64,000 bases of DNA. It comes from Gemmatimonadales bacterium. Its GTDB lineage: Bacteria > Gemmatimonadota > Gemmatimonadetes > Gemmatimonadales > GWC2-71-9. The stretch lies in the NCBI GenBank assembly GCA_036559745.1, contig DATBSO010000050.1, forward strand, positions 35,972 through 99,971, written 5' to 3'. This document shows positions 36,284-46,435 of this stretch, piece after piece. How positions within the stretch are numbered: position 1 is the stretch's first letter; each line of letters starts with the position of its first letter. The position numbers were made by a program, and so were the translations under genes. Under the pieces are notes generated by a model that was given only the letters and a program-made list of their open reading frames with translations, was not told the DNA's origin and did no database searches.

Positions 36284-37230
36284 TCCCGTAACCACCCGCG
36301 ACGGCGGAACCAGAGGTAGATGGCGAGCGTGACGACACCCATCGCGGCGAGGATCGCCGGATAGCCCCACTTCTCCTGAAGCTCGGGCATGAAGCGGAAA
36401 TTCATCCCGTAGACGCCCACGATGAACGTGAGCGGCAGGAAGAAGACGCTGAACACCGTCAGCACCCGCATGACCTCGTTCGTGCGGTGGGTCGCGAGGG
36501 AGAGCTGAATGTTGAGGATGGTGTTGGCGTCGTCGAGCAGCTCATCAGCGTAGAAGTGGTAGCTCTCGACATTCTCCTGGACGTCCCGGAACAGGGTAGC
36601 CCCGCGGCCGGTTGCCGGCGTCATCCGCTGGACGACATCGAGGAATCGCCAGAGAAGCCGCTTGCTGAGGGTGACCTGTCGTTTGAGAAGATGAATCTCT
36701 TTGAGCGAAGTCGCGAGGGTGCCTCTACCCTGGTCGTTCTGCTCGAAGAGCGCCGACTCGAACGCATCGAGACGGGCTTCGAGCGCTTCGAGCGGCGAAG
36801 AGAAGGTGTCCGCACCGGCATTGAGAAGCTTGGTGAGCACGCGGGCCTGGAGGGTGTCCTTTCCCTGCCCCTCATGCTTCGGCGCCTCGGCGGCGATCCG
36901 CTCTTCGATTCGGGTCAGCCAGGGCTGTGCCGCACGATGAATCGTGATGAGAAAGGTGGGGGCGTAGAAGAGCGCGACTTTCCGGGTGAGCTCCTGCATC
37001 GTTTCGCAGAGTCTGTCGGCCTGCTCGTCGTAGACCCGGATGATGGCGAAGGCGTAGTTGTCGAACTGCTCGAACTTGGGCAAGTGCTCGGGATCCAGGC
37101 AATCCTGCACCGAGGTGGACTGCAGGTTGTATCGCTCGGCGATCTCGGCGAGCTCCTCGGGTGTCGGGGCCACGACATCGAGCCAGACGAATCCGGCTCG
37201 GTCCGCTTCGATGATGGTCCGCGCGGTCAC
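36280..37230 (-). CDS. corA: CorA-family divalent-cation (Mg2+/Co2+/Ni2+) channel
   Basis: C-terminal LTVFSVFFLPLTFIVGVYGMNF..MPE (GMN motif), with two TM helices. GTG start in a GTGA overlap with the larB stop. Confidence 0.9.
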   Translation of the reverse strand: MTARTIIEADRAGFVWLDVVAPTPEELAEIAERYNLQSTSVQDCLDPEHLPKFEQFDNYAFAIIRVYDEQADRLCETMQELTRKVALFYAPTFLITIHRAAQPWLTRIEERIAAEAPKHEGQGKDTLQARVLTKLLNAGADTFSSPLEALEARLDAFESALFEQNDQGRGTLATSLKEIHLLKRQVTLSKRLLWRFLDVVQRMTPATGRGATLFRDVQENVESYHFYADELLDDANTILNIQLSLATHRTNEVMRVLTVFSVFFLPLTFIVGVYGMNFRFMPELQEKWGYPAILAAMGVVTLAIYLWFRRRGWLRE

Positions 37231-37982
37231 GAGCGGCAGATCCGGCTCGCCGCTGCCGCCGCGCCGAAGCCATTGTCGATGTTGACGACCGTAATGCCCG
37301 CCGCACAGGAGTTCAGCATCGCGAGGAGCGCGGCCAATCCGCCGAACGACGCCCCGTAGCCCACGCTCGTGGGCACCGCGATCACCGGCACGGCAACGAG
37401 GCCACCGACCACGCTCGGAAGGGCGCCCTCCATGCCGGCCACCACGATGATCACGCTCGCCCGCGAGAGCTGCTCGGTCGCCGCGAGAAGACGATGCAGA
37501 CCCGCGACCCCGACGTCGTGCAATCGCTCGACGCCATGCCCGAATGCCTCCGCCACCACGGCCGCCTCCTCGGCGACGGGGAGGTCGCTCGTCCCCGCGG
37601 ACACCACCAGGATGGTGCCGGTGTCGGCGGCCTCGGCACGCGGCTCGGAAGTCGGGAGATAGACGACCCGCGCGAGCCTGTTCCAGACCATTCCCGGGAA
37701 GCGCGCCGCCAGCGCGCTGGCGGTTGCCTCCGGCACACGGGTGCCGAGGAACGAGCTGCTCGACGCCTCGAGCCGCTCGCAGATGGCCACGACCTGCTCG
37801 GCCGTCTTTCCCTCGCAGAAGACCACCTCCGCCTGCCCCTGGCGGAGCGCGCGGTGATGGTCGACCCTGGCGAACGTCAGATCTTCGAAGGGGAGATGCC
37901 GTAACCGCGTGATCGCGGCGTCGGGCGCGACGCGGCCGGCGGCCACGTCGGCCAATAGGGCCTCGAGTTGCGCGGTTCTCAC
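37227..37982 (-). CDS. larB: LarB-like NCAIR-mutase (PurE)-related protein; pyridinium-3,5-biscarboxylic acid mononucleotide synthase family
   Basis: VDHHRALRQGQAEVVFCEGKT...ILVVSAGTSDLPVAEEA...VGVAG.HRL...VIIVVAGMEGALPSVVGGL...PVIAVPTSVGYG...G.AALL.MLNSCA.G. GTGA overlap with the dusB stop. Confidence 0.7.
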   Translation of the reverse strand: MRTAQLEALLADVAAGRVAPDAAITRLRHLPFEDLTFARVDHHRALRQGQAEVVFCEGKTAEQVVAICERLEASSSSFLGTRVPEATASALAARFPGMVWNRLARVVYLPTSEPRAEAADTGTILVVSAGTSDLPVAEEAAVVAEAFGHGVERLHDVGVAGLHRLLAATEQLSRASVIIVVAGMEGALPSVVGGLVAVPVIAVPTSVGYGASFGGLAALLAMLNSCAAGITVVNIDNGFGAAAAASRICRS

Positions 37983-38962
37983 GCCACCGCGGCGACCGGC
38001 TCGAGGTAATTGAGGAAGATGGTCTCGGCTTCGGCGATGGATTCGATGGCGAAGAGGCGCTGCCTCAGCTCGCTGGCCCCGTGCAATCCCTTGGTGTACC
38101 AACCGAGATGCTTGCGGAACTCGAGCACGGTCTTGCGCGTGTCACCCTGGAGACGGATCGCGCGCCGGGCGTGTTCCAGCGCCACGCGAAAGCGTTCGGC
38201 GGCCGGTGGAGCATCGGGCGCACGCTGGCCCTCGAGGAGTGCCCGCCCATCGCGGAAAAGCCACGGATTGCCAAAGGCGCCCCGACCGACCATGGCGCCG
38301 GCGCATCCCGTGTGGTCACGCATGCGCACGATGTCCTCGGCCGTCATTAAGTCGCCGTTCCCGATTACGGGAATGTCCAGCGCTTCGACCACCCTGGCGA
38401 TCTCGTCCCACCGCGCCTTCCCGGAAAACATCTGGGTGCGGGTCCGGGCGTGCAGGGTGAAGGCTCGCGCACCGGCATCCTGCATTCGAAGCGCGATACC
38501 CACCGGGTCCCGCGTCTCGTCGCTCCACCCGCTGCGCGTCTTGACCGTCACCGGCAGGTGGGTCGCTCCGATGACCGCCCGGATGATCCGCTGCACCAGG
38601 TCGAGATCGCGGAGACACCCGGAGCCACCGTTACGATGCACGACCTTCTTGACCGGACAGCCGAAATTGATGTCGATGAACTCGGGCTCGTAGTGCTCCG
38701 TGATGAGGCCGGCGGCCTCCGCCATGGCCCCCGGGTCCGCGCCATAAATCTGGATCCCGATCGGTCGTTCAATCTCCTCGAACTCGGCGCCCTCGAGCGT
38801 GGTTCTGATGCGCCGCCGGATCGCCTCGGAGGACAGAAACTCCGACAGCACGACATCGGCCCCCATCGCGCGACAGATCTGGCGAAATGGTGCCTCCGAC
38901 ACTCCGGCCATCGGAGCGAGGATGAGCGGGAAAAGATGCGCGGAAGGATAGGGCAACTGCAT
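37979..38962 (-). CDS. dusB: tRNA-dihydrouridine synthase
   Basis: LILAPMAGVSEAPFR, IDINFGCP, GSGCL, VTVKTR.GW, HARTR.Q. Confidence 0.85.
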   Translation of the reverse strand: MQLPYPSAHLFPLILAPMAGVSEAPFRQICRAMGADVVLSEFLSSEAIRRRIRTTLEGAEFEEIERPIGIQIYGADPGAMAEAAGLITEHYEPEFIDINFGCPVKKVVHRNGGSGCLRDLDLVQRIIRAVIGATHLPVTVKTRSGWSDETRDPVGIALRMQDAGARAFTLHARTRTQMFSGKARWDEIARVVEALDIPVIGNGDLMTAEDIVRMRDHTGCAGAMVGRGAFGNPWLFRDGRALLEGQRAPDAPPAAERFRVALEHARRAIRLQGDTRKTVLEFRKHLGWYTKGLHGASELRQRLFAIESIAEAETIFLNYLEPVAAVA

Positions 38963-39077
38963 GGGGAGAAAATACTTGGCGGCACGATCAGGTGCAATGG
39001 AACGGGTCCCACGGCCAGTTGTAACCGCTTTTCTCCCGCGTTCGTCATATTAGGCATCCCCACGACCAGGAAACGCC

Positions 39078-40367
39078 GTGAGACTCAGGATTCTCCTGTC
39101 AGCAGCGCTATCGCTCAGTCAGGCGTCGCCCGGGTTCGCCCAGGCCGACCCTATTCTGGCCTCCCGTGCCGAGTACAGGGACGCGATGCAGGCATATAAG
39201 GAGAAGGACACCACGTCGTTCCTCCAGCACGCCCAGCGGGCGGCGGAGCTCCGGCCGGACCACGGCGGGGTCGTGTACGCCCTCGCGTCGGCGTACGCCT
39301 TGATGGGCGACATGCAAAAGGCCGTCGAGACGCTCGGACGGTTCGCGTCGATGGGATATTACGCCAATCTCGCGGCGGACTCCGATCTGACACGTCTGAG
39401 CGGAGCCGCGGGCTACGATCGGGTGCGTCAAGCGGTCGAGGCCAACCGGCGTCCGGTGGTGAAGAGCGAGGTCGCATTCACACTGCCCGAGCGCGACCTG
39501 CTGACCGAAGGCATCGCGTACGATCCCGCCATGCGACGGTTCTTCGTCGGCAGCGTGCATCACCGAAAGATCCTCCAGGTGGATCGCTCGGGCCGCGCTT
39601 CCGAATTCGTGCCCGCCGGACAGGACAGTCTGTGGGCACCGCTCGGCATGCGGGTCGATTCCGCGCGCCGCGTTCTCTGGGTCGCGGCGGCCACCGTCCC
39701 CCAGATGATCGGGTACGATTCGACCGAATCCGGACGCAGCGGCCTCTTCCGATACGATCTCGCCACCCAGCGCCTCACGGGAAGATTCCTCACGCCCGCC
39801 GACAGCGGCGGCCACCTGCTGGGCGACCTCACGATCGCCAAGAACGGCGACGTCTACACGAGCGACAGTCGCGCGCCCATCGTATGGCGCCTGCCAGCCG
39901 GCGGCGATTCGCTGGAAATCTTCGTCGAAACCCCACTCCTGCTATCTGCGCAGGGGCTGGCTCTCACGCCGGACGGGCGGACGCTCTACCAGGCGGACTA
40001 CTCGCGGGGAATTCTCAAGATCGACGTTGCGACCAGAACGGCGGCGGTCATTCCCTGCCGAACCGGTGTCGTCGCGATCGGCATCGATGGTCTGTATCTC
40101 GTCGGCAACAGGTTGATCGGAATCCAGAACGGCATGGAGCCCCATCGCGTCGTCGGTCTCACGCTCGCCCCACGAGGAGACAGCCTCGTCGCGCTGGACG
40201 TGCTCGAGCGTCGCCATCCCTCCCACGTGGAGCCGACCCTGGGAGTGGTCGTGGGACAGTATCTTTATTACATCGCCAACAGTCAGTGGGAGCGATTCGG
40301 CGACACCGGGGAAGTCGCGCGGCCGGACGAGCTCGTTCCGCCCGCGGTGCTCCGTCTCCGGCTTTGA
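39078..40367 (+). CDS. Secreted protein: N-terminal TPR-like helical region plus a beta-propeller (SMP-30/gluconolactonase/NHL-like) domain
   Basis: GTG start and signal peptide MRLRILLSAALSLSQASPGFAQA. Repeated blade-like segments: TEGIAYDP..RFFVGS, LGMRVDS, LGDLTIAKNGDVYTSD, QGLALTPDGRTLY. This is a fold-level call only. Confidence 0.5.
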   Translation: MRLRILLSAALSLSQASPGFAQADPILASRAEYRDAMQAYKEKDTTSFLQHAQRAAELRPDHGGVVYALASAYALMGDMQKAVETLGRFASMGYYANLAADSDLTRLSGAAGYDRVRQAVEANRRPVVKSEVAFTLPERDLLTEGIAYDPAMRRFFVGSVHHRKILQVDRSGRASEFVPAGQDSLWAPLGMRVDSARRVLWVAAATVPQMIGYDSTESGRSGLFRYDLATQRLTGRFLTPADSGGHLLGDLTIAKNGDVYTSDSRAPIVWRLPAGGDSLEIFVETPLLLSAQGLALTPDGRTLYQADYSRGILKIDVATRTAAVIPCRTGVVAIGIDGLYLVGNRLIGIQNGMEPHRVVGLTLAPRGDSLVALDVLERRHPSHVEPTLGVVVGQYLYYIANSQWERFGDTGEVARPDELVPPAVLRLRL

Positions 40368-40401
40368 CACTCCAGCCCGGCGGATGTAGGTTGCCGCCGC
40401 C

Positions 40402-40854
40402 ATGCAACTTGCCGACTTCTTCAGCCCCGATGCGGTCTCGCTCGATCTCCGTGCGACCAGCAAGGACGAGATCCTGGCTGAGCTCGTCGGCCTGCTCCGG
40501 CTCGACGAGCGCTCGGCCGAGACGCTGCTGCGCATGCTGCAGCGCCGCGAGACGCTCGGGTCCACCGGTGTCGGCCGTGGCATCGCCATTCCGCATTGCC
40601 GCTCGCTCGTCGTCAGCCATCTCCGTCTCGCCTTCGGCCGGAAGCGCGAGCCCGCGGACTTTCAGGCGATCGACGGACAGCCGGTCTCCAACTTCTTCCT
40701 CATCGTGGCGCCTCCGACCGAGGTTTCCAACCAGTACCTCCCGGTGCTCGGCAAGATCGCCCAGTTCGCCAAGGACGCAGACGTGCCGCATCGGCTCGCC
40801 GCGGTGTCGACGCCGGAGGAATTCTTCGGGCTGCTGCGGGAGAAGGGGGTGTAA
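40402..40854 (+). CDS. ptsN: PTS EIIA type-2 domain protein (PtsN / EIIA-Ntr-like)
   Basis: TSKDEILAELV...RETLGSTGVGRGIAIPH (phospho-His) ...NFFLIVAP. Confidence 0.75.
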   Translation: MQLADFFSPDAVSLDLRATSKDEILAELVGLLRLDERSAETLLRMLQRRETLGSTGVGRGIAIPHCRSLVVSHLRLAFGRKREPADFQAIDGQPVSNFFLIVAPPTEVSNQYLPVLGKIAQFAKDADVPHRLAAVSTPEEFFGLLREKGV

Positions 40855-40857
40855 CTG

Positions 40858-43041
40858 GTGATCCGGACCGGCCTCGCCGGTCTGCTGTTGCTGGCGCCTC
40901 TGGTGACCGCCGTCGGCCAGACGCCACGTGAACGTCTCGCGCTCGACCGCTTCCACGATTCGCTCGATAGCGCCTCCCCGAATGACACCGCCTCGCTTCG
41001 CAGGACCACGCGCGCCCTTCGACAGACCGCCACCCGGACTCGCGACCCACTCCTCACGCTTCGCGCGGGGCTCGCCGCCATGCGACTCGGCGTCCTCGGC
41101 GCCGATCCGGATTTCGGCGACGCCGTGCGTCTCCTTCGCGAAGCGACACGTCTCGCACCGGAGTGGCCCTACGCCTGGTATGGGCTGGGTCTCGCCGAGG
41201 AGCGGCGCGCCAGCTGGGAACAGGCGGACCGTCTGGCATTGGGAAACCGGGTAGGAGTCGAGACGCTGGAGCGCGCGACCGACTGTTACCAGCGGGCGAT
41301 TGCAGCCGATCCCGCCTTCACTCCCGCCGCGCTCTCTCTCGGCGAGCTCACGCTGTCGCTCCACGACACGGCGCTGTATGCGGGTGCTCGGGATGCCTTG
41401 CGGCGGGCTGCCACCGCGAGACGCTCGCCCGAAGTGCTCCTGGTCTGGGGCAGGATGGAGCGAGCCTCCGGCCTTTCGGACTCTGCCGTCGTGGCCTTCG
41501 AGGGCGCGGTGATGGCCGGCGGCCCCCGCTCGCTTGGCCTCCTCGAGATCGCACGGACGAGACTGGCAATGGGACAGCTCACCGGCGAGCCACCCTATTA
41601 CGACGGCGCCGTCGACGACGATTCGGTGTCCGTCGACGCCTATCGAGCCGATCTGGAGCCGATCGCCTCCGATTCGGAGCTGGCGGTGTTCGACGCCTCG
41701 CACGGGCCCGCGCGCGCCGATTTTCTCACCCGGTTCTGGTCCCGCCGTGACCGCGACGAGCTGCGCGCCGATGGCGAGCGGCTTCGCGAGCACTATCGCC
41801 GGCTCCTGTACGCCCGCCGCAACTTCGCGCTCACCATCAACCGTCGGTTCTACGGCGCGAACGACGCGTATCGTTCGGGCAGCACGGAGCTCGACGACCG
41901 CGGCGTCATCTACGTGCGACACGGTGAGCCCGCGGAGCGGCTCAGGCCGTTCGTGTTCGGGTTGATGCCGAGCGAATCGTGGCGCTACTCGAGGGCCGAC
42001 GGGGATCTGTTGTTTCACTTCTCGTCGGGCGCGGACGAGAACGGCGGGGGCGACCTCTACGACTATCGTCTCGTAGAAAGTGTCCTCGACCTCCATGGAG
42101 CCTCCGATGCCCCGATAGACCAGCTTCTCCTCTCCAGGGAGTCGCTGTCCCCACTCTATAGCCGGATGCTCAACTGGGGTCGGTATGGCTCGGCCCATGC
42201 GCGGGCGCGGGAGCGCGGAATCGGGCAGGCCAGCATCGAGTTCGGCACGACGACCGACAGTTACGAGCTGCAGTTCGCCCATCGGCTGCAGGTCATCGCC
42301 AATCTCGTCGCCGTCGGCCGGACGCCTGCGGGACCGATCGCCCACTTCGTCTTCGCGGTCGCCTCGCCCGACAGCGCCCCTGCCCTGAGAGCGGGCGAGC
42401 AGTATCCAGTGCGGGTGCGGCTCAGCGTGTTCGACGGTGCGGGGCGCGGCTTTGCGTCGGTGGACACGGTCGTCACCGTTCGCGCGCCGAGCACTCTCAA
42501 GCCGGGTCAGTCACTGCTGGGGCGTGCCGAGATCCGGTTGCCCGAAGGAAGCTGGGAGTGGAAGGCCGCGGTGCAGATCGGCGACCAAGCAGGCGTTGTC
42601 CTCCCACGCGATACCGTGCGCATGGCCCGGAGCGGCCAAGGTCTGGCCCTGAGTGACCTGGCGGTCGGGGTGGAAGGCGCCGCCGCAGTCTGGCAGCCGA
42701 CAGCCGTAGACAGCGCGTTTCTCACACCGTTCGGGATGGTGCCGGAAGGCAGCGAGGCGGAGCTGTACTACGAAGCGTCCGGGGCGCGATCCGGCGCCAC
42801 CTACTCGCACCAGATCGCCGTATACCGGCTCAAGGGTGATCCGGCTGGGCCGGAAAAGAAGCCCGTCGTACGACTCGCGTTCAACGAGGCGTCGACCGAT
42901 TCGCTCCTGCGGGCGCGGCGGACACTCCAGCTCCGTCGGCTCAAGCCTGGTCGCTACCTGCTCGAGGTTCGCGTGTCGGGGCCTGGGGAGGAGAGTGATG
43001 TCCGGCGGCGGGAGGTGAGGGTGTTGAAAGCGCGGAAATAG
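40858..43041 (+). CDS. Large secreted protein with N-terminal TPR-like repeats and a GWxTD-like domain
   Basis: GTG start and signal-like LAGLLLLAPLVTAVGQ. The central FLTRFWSRRDRD...LREHYRRLLYARRNF...DDRGVIYVRHGEPAERL resembles the GWxTD domain signature, with the GW positions degenerate. Confidence 0.5.
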   Translation: MIRTGLAGLLLLAPLVTAVGQTPRERLALDRFHDSLDSASPNDTASLRRTTRALRQTATRTRDPLLTLRAGLAAMRLGVLGADPDFGDAVRLLREATRLAPEWPYAWYGLGLAEERRASWEQADRLALGNRVGVETLERATDCYQRAIAADPAFTPAALSLGELTLSLHDTALYAGARDALRRAATARRSPEVLLVWGRMERASGLSDSAVVAFEGAVMAGGPRSLGLLEIARTRLAMGQLTGEPPYYDGAVDDDSVSVDAYRADLEPIASDSELAVFDASHGPARADFLTRFWSRRDRDELRADGERLREHYRRLLYARRNFALTINRRFYGANDAYRSGSTELDDRGVIYVRHGEPAERLRPFVFGLMPSESWRYSRADGDLLFHFSSGADENGGGDLYDYRLVESVLDLHGASDAPIDQLLLSRESLSPLYSRMLNWGRYGSAHARARERGIGQASIEFGTTTDSYELQFAHRLQVIANLVAVGRTPAGPIAHFVFAVASPDSAPALRAGEQYPVRVRLSVFDGAGRGFASVDTVVTVRAPSTLKPGQSLLGRAEIRLPEGSWEWKAAVQIGDQAGVVLPRDTVRMARSGQGLALSDLAVGVEGAAAVWQPTAVDSAFLTPFGMVPEGSEAELYYEASGARSGATYSHQIAVYRLKGDPAGPEKKPVVRLAFNEASTDSLLRARRTLQLRRLKPGRYLLEVRVSGPGEESDVRRREVRVLKARK

Positions 43042-43047
43042 CGGATG

Positions 43048-43548
43048 TCAGGCCCCCGACTGCTCCAGAAGCTCGAGCCGCGCTTCCATCTCGCTATCCA
43101 TCAACTTCCGAAGCTCGATGAGCCGCAGCGCATATTGCTGAAGCGCCAGGTCGGTGTCGGTCTTCGGGGTCCAGGCCGGCACCGGCTTGGGACGCCCCGC
43201 CTCGTTCAGCGCGACGAAGACGATGAGGCAGTGACAGCGCCGCGACTTCGTGGCTTCCTTCGGATCGCCGGCATAGATGTCGATGGCGATGTGCAGGCTG
43301 GTGCGCCCGGTGTGAATGACCAGGGCCCGAAGCTCGACGATCTCGCCGACATGAATCGGCTGGAGGAAATGGATTCCCCCGACGTAGAGTGTCACGCAGT
43401 ACTCGCCCGACCAGCCCGCGGCGCAGGTGTACCCCGCCTGGTCGATCCACTTCATCACCGCGCCACCGTGCACCTTCCCGCCGAAATTGACGTGACTGGG
43501 CTCCGCAAGGAACCGGAGGGTGACGGCGCGCGGTCCCGTCATTCCCAC
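43048..43548 (-). CDS. Acyl-CoA thioesterase (hotdog fold, YciA/BFIT type)
   Basis: [22 protein letters not shown]...H.GRTS.HI. Confidence 0.75.
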   Translation of the reverse strand: MGMTGPRAVTLRFLAEPSHVNFGGKVHGGAVMKWIDQAGYTCAAGWSGEYCVTLYVGGIHFLQPIHVGEIVELRALVIHTGRTSLHIAIDIYAGDPKEATKSRRCHCLIVFVALNEAGRPKPVPAWTPKTDTDLALQQYALRLIELRKLMDSEMEARLELLEQSGA

Positions 43549-45143
43549 TCGATCGTGGCCGGCGGTTTGGAGCTGACGTCGTAGACTACCCGGTTCACGC
43601 CGTCCACCTCGTTGGCGATGCGGTTCGAGATTCTGGCCAGCACGTCCGGCGGGAACGGGAACCAGTCGGCGGTCATGCCGTCTCGGCTGGTGACGGCTCG
43701 CAGCCCTACCACCTGATCGTAACTCCGAAAATCGCCCTGCACGCCAACCGAACGGATCGGAAGCAGGACGGCGAACGCCTGCCAGATCTCGTCGTACAGC
43801 CCGGCCGCGCGAATTTCTTCGATGTAGATGTGATCCGCCCGGCGGAGAATGTCGAGCGCGGGTGCCGTGACGTCCCCCAGGATCCGGATAGCGAGACCGG
43901 GACCCGGAAACGGATGACGGCCCACCATCTCCTCCGGCAGCCCCAGCTCACGGCCCACCTGCCGCACTTCGTCCTTGAAGAGCTCGCGAAGCGGCTCCAG
44001 CAGCGCGAACGGAAGGCGCTCGGGGAGACCACCGACGTTGTGGTGGGTTTTGATCGTCACTGAGGGGCCGCCCCGGGGCGAGAGCGACTCGATGACGTCG
44101 GGATAGAGTGTTCCCTGCACCAGGAAGCGCACATCGTTGCCGACCGCGTGCGCCTCATTTTCGAACACCTCGATGAACGTATGGCCGATTCGCCTGCGCT
44201 TCTCCTCCGGATCGATTACGCCGGCGAGCTTGTCGAGGAAAAGCGAGGAGGCGTCCACCACCCGGAGATCGATGCCGAGGTGGCGGCGGAAGGTCGCCTC
44301 GACCTGCTCCCGCTCGTGGAGTCGGAGGAGTCCATGATCCACGAAGATGCAGGTGAGCCGATCGCCCAGGGCGCGGTGGACCAGGACCGCGGCAACCGAG
44401 GAGTCTACGCCGCCCGAGAGCCCGCAGATGACTCTACCCGTCGGACCGACCGTCTCGGCGATACGCCGCACCTCGGACTCTACGAAGTGTCCCGGCGTCC
44501 AGTCGGGAGTGCAGCCGCAGACCTCGAACAGGAAATTGCTGATGATTTCACCGCCGCGCGGCGTGTGCGCCACTTCGGGGTGAAACTGAACGCCGAACAG
44601 CGGCCGCTCCTGATGCTCGAAGGCGGCGACGGGAGAATTGTCGCTCGAAGCGGTCACCGTGTATCCCGGCGGCGCGACGTCCACGTGGTCCCCGTGGCTC
44701 ATCCACACCGGCGTCTCCTCGCCCTTGCCGAACCCCTGGAAGAGTCGGCCGCCTTCCACCGTCACGTTCGCGCGGCCGTATTCCCGCCGCGAAGCAGCCT
44801 GGACCCGACCACCCGAGAGCTGGGCGAGCACCTGCATTCCATAGCAGAGCCCGAGGACCGGCGTGCCCAACTCGAGCAACGAAGGGTCGGCGGTTGGGAC
44901 ACCCTCGTCGTAGACCGAGTTCGGTCCGCCGGACAGGATGATGCCCTTTGGCTTCCAGGCACGGATCCAGTCCACGGTCCGTGACGGCGGATGGATCTCG
45001 CAGTAGACGTGGGCTTCGCGCACCCGCCGGGCGATGAGCTGGGTATACTGGGAGCCGAAGTCGATGATGAGGATGCCGTCGTGATGCTGTGCCACTGGCT
45101 GTTGCGCTCCGTCGCGGGTAGGCGCGTGTAGGGTCGCGGTCAT
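43539..45143 (-). CDS. guaA: GMP synthase (glutamine-hydrolysing)
   Basis: Internal ATG (MTATLHAP...). Contains [44 protein letters not shown], and C-terminal PATIEWE. ATGA overlap with the lysA stop. Confidence 0.92.
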   Translation of the reverse strand: MTATLHAPTRDGAQQPVAQHHDGILIIDFGSQYTQLIARRVREAHVYCEIHPPSRTVDWIRAWKPKGIILSGGPNSVYDEGVPTADPSLLELGTPVLGLCYGMQVLAQLSGGRVQAASRREYGRANVTVEGGRLFQGFGKGEETPVWMSHGDHVDVAPPGYTVTASSDNSPVAAFEHQERPLFGVQFHPEVAHTPRGGEIISNFLFEVCGCTPDWTPGHFVESEVRRIAETVGPTGRVICGLSGGVDSSVAAVLVHRALGDRLTCIFVDHGLLRLHEREQVEATFRRHLGIDLRVVDASSLFLDKLAGVIDPEEKRRRIGHTFIEVFENEAHAVGNDVRFLVQGTLYPDVIESLSPRGGPSVTIKTHHNVGGLPERLPFALLEPLRELFKDEVRQVGRELGLPEEMVGRHPFPGPGLAIRILGDVTAPALDILRRADHIYIEEIRAAGLYDEIWQAFAVLLPIRSVGVQGDFRSYDQVVGLRAVTSRDGMTADWFPFPPDVLARISNRIANEVDGVNRVVYDVSSKPPATIEWE

Positions 45144-46435
45144 GGAGTCAATCGCTCGCCGGTGTAGAGGTCTTCGACGGTCTCGCGCGGCCGCGCGACC
45201 CACCACGCTCCGGCATCCACCACGACTTCCGCCGGCCGGGGCCGAGAGTTGTAGTTGGACGCCATGACGAAACCGTAGGCCCCGGCGCCAAGCACCGCCA
45301 GACGCTCACCAGAGTCCACTCCGGGCAGCATGCGGTCGAGCGCGAGAAAGTCCCCCGTTTCGCACACGGGCCCCACGACGTCCACCCGCAAGGCCGGCCG
45401 CCCGCGCTCCTCGAGCTCCACGATTTCGTGATAGGCCTGGTAGTGGCTCGGCCGCACCAGATCGTTCATCCCCGCGTCCACCACGACGAACTCCTTCCCG
45501 CCTGAATGTTTTCGGTAGAGCACCTCGGTGAGCAGCACCCCGGCGCTGCCGACCAGGAATCGGCCGGGCTCGAGGTACACCGTGCGGCCCGTCGGAGCCA
45601 ACATCGGAACTACCGCCTCGGCAAAGCGGTCGGGCTCCATCGATGGTTCGTCGGAGTACCGGATGCCGAGTCCCCCGCCGATGTCGAGCACCGTGAACGT
45701 GGCCGTTCCCACGGCACGCAGCCGCTCTGCCAGATCGAGCAGCCGAGCGATCCCCTGCCGGAACGGCTCCGTGTCCACGAGCTGGCTTCCCAGATGCATC
45801 GCCAGGGCGGTGAGCTCGAGAAACGGATGGGACTCGATGAACGTCGCGGTCCCGACGACCTGATCGACGGGGACGCCGAACTTGATGCCGCTCTTCCCCG
45901 TGGAGATGTAGGGATGGGTCTCGGTGGTGACGTCGGGATTGACCCGGATTCCGACCGACACCCGAGTCTTGGTCTTCATCGCGATATCGGCGAGACGCTC
46001 CAGCTCCTCACGCGACTCGATGTTGAGATGCCCGAGCCTCGCACCCACGGCGAGGCGCAATTCCTCCGACGACTTTCCGACGCCGCTGAAGACGACGCGC
46101 GACGGCTCGAACCCCGCGGCCAGCACCCGCGCCAGCTCCCCGCCGGAGACGATATCGGCGCCCGCGCCGAGATCGCGGAGCACCCGCAGAATGGCAAGGT
46201 TACTGTTGGCCTTGACCGCGAAGCAGATGCGATGCGGGACGCCGGCGAGCGCCTGATCCAGGGCGCGGTACCGGTCACGGATGGCGCCCGCGTTGTACAC
46301 GTAGGTGGGCGTCCCGACCTTCTGGGCGATCTCCGAGAGCGACACGCCGCCAAGCCTGAGCGTGCGCCCCTCGCGGCTCAGGCCTGCATCGGCGAAGAGC
46401 CCGGATACCGCCCCCGTCAGTACGCCTTGGCCCAC
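45140..46435 (-). CDS. lysA: Diaminopimelate decarboxylase
   Basis: [26 protein letters not shown]. The start is uncertain. GTG 46435 gives about 431 aa and overlaps the proS 3' end. The long upstream extension in the track is an artefact. Confidence 0.85.
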   Translation of the reverse strand: MGQGVLTGAVSGLFADAGLSREGRTLRLGGVSLSEIAQKVGTPTYVYNAGAIRDRYRALDQALAGVPHRICFAVKANSNLAILRVLRDLGAGADIVSGGELARVLAAGFEPSRVVFSGVGKSSEELRLAVGARLGHLNIESREELERLADIAMKTKTRVSVGIRVNPDVTTETHPYISTGKSGIKFGVPVDQVVGTATFIESHPFLELTALAMHLGSQLVDTEPFRQGIARLLDLAERLRAVGTATFTVLDIGGGLGIRYSDEPSMEPDRFAEAVVPMLAPTGRTVYLEPGRFLVGSAGVLLTEVLYRKHSGGKEFVVVDAGMNDLVRPSHYQAYHEIVELEERGRPALRVDVVGPVCETGDFLALDRMLPGVDSGERLAVLGAGAYGFVMASNYNSRPRPAEVVVDAGAWWVARPRETVEDLYTGERLTP

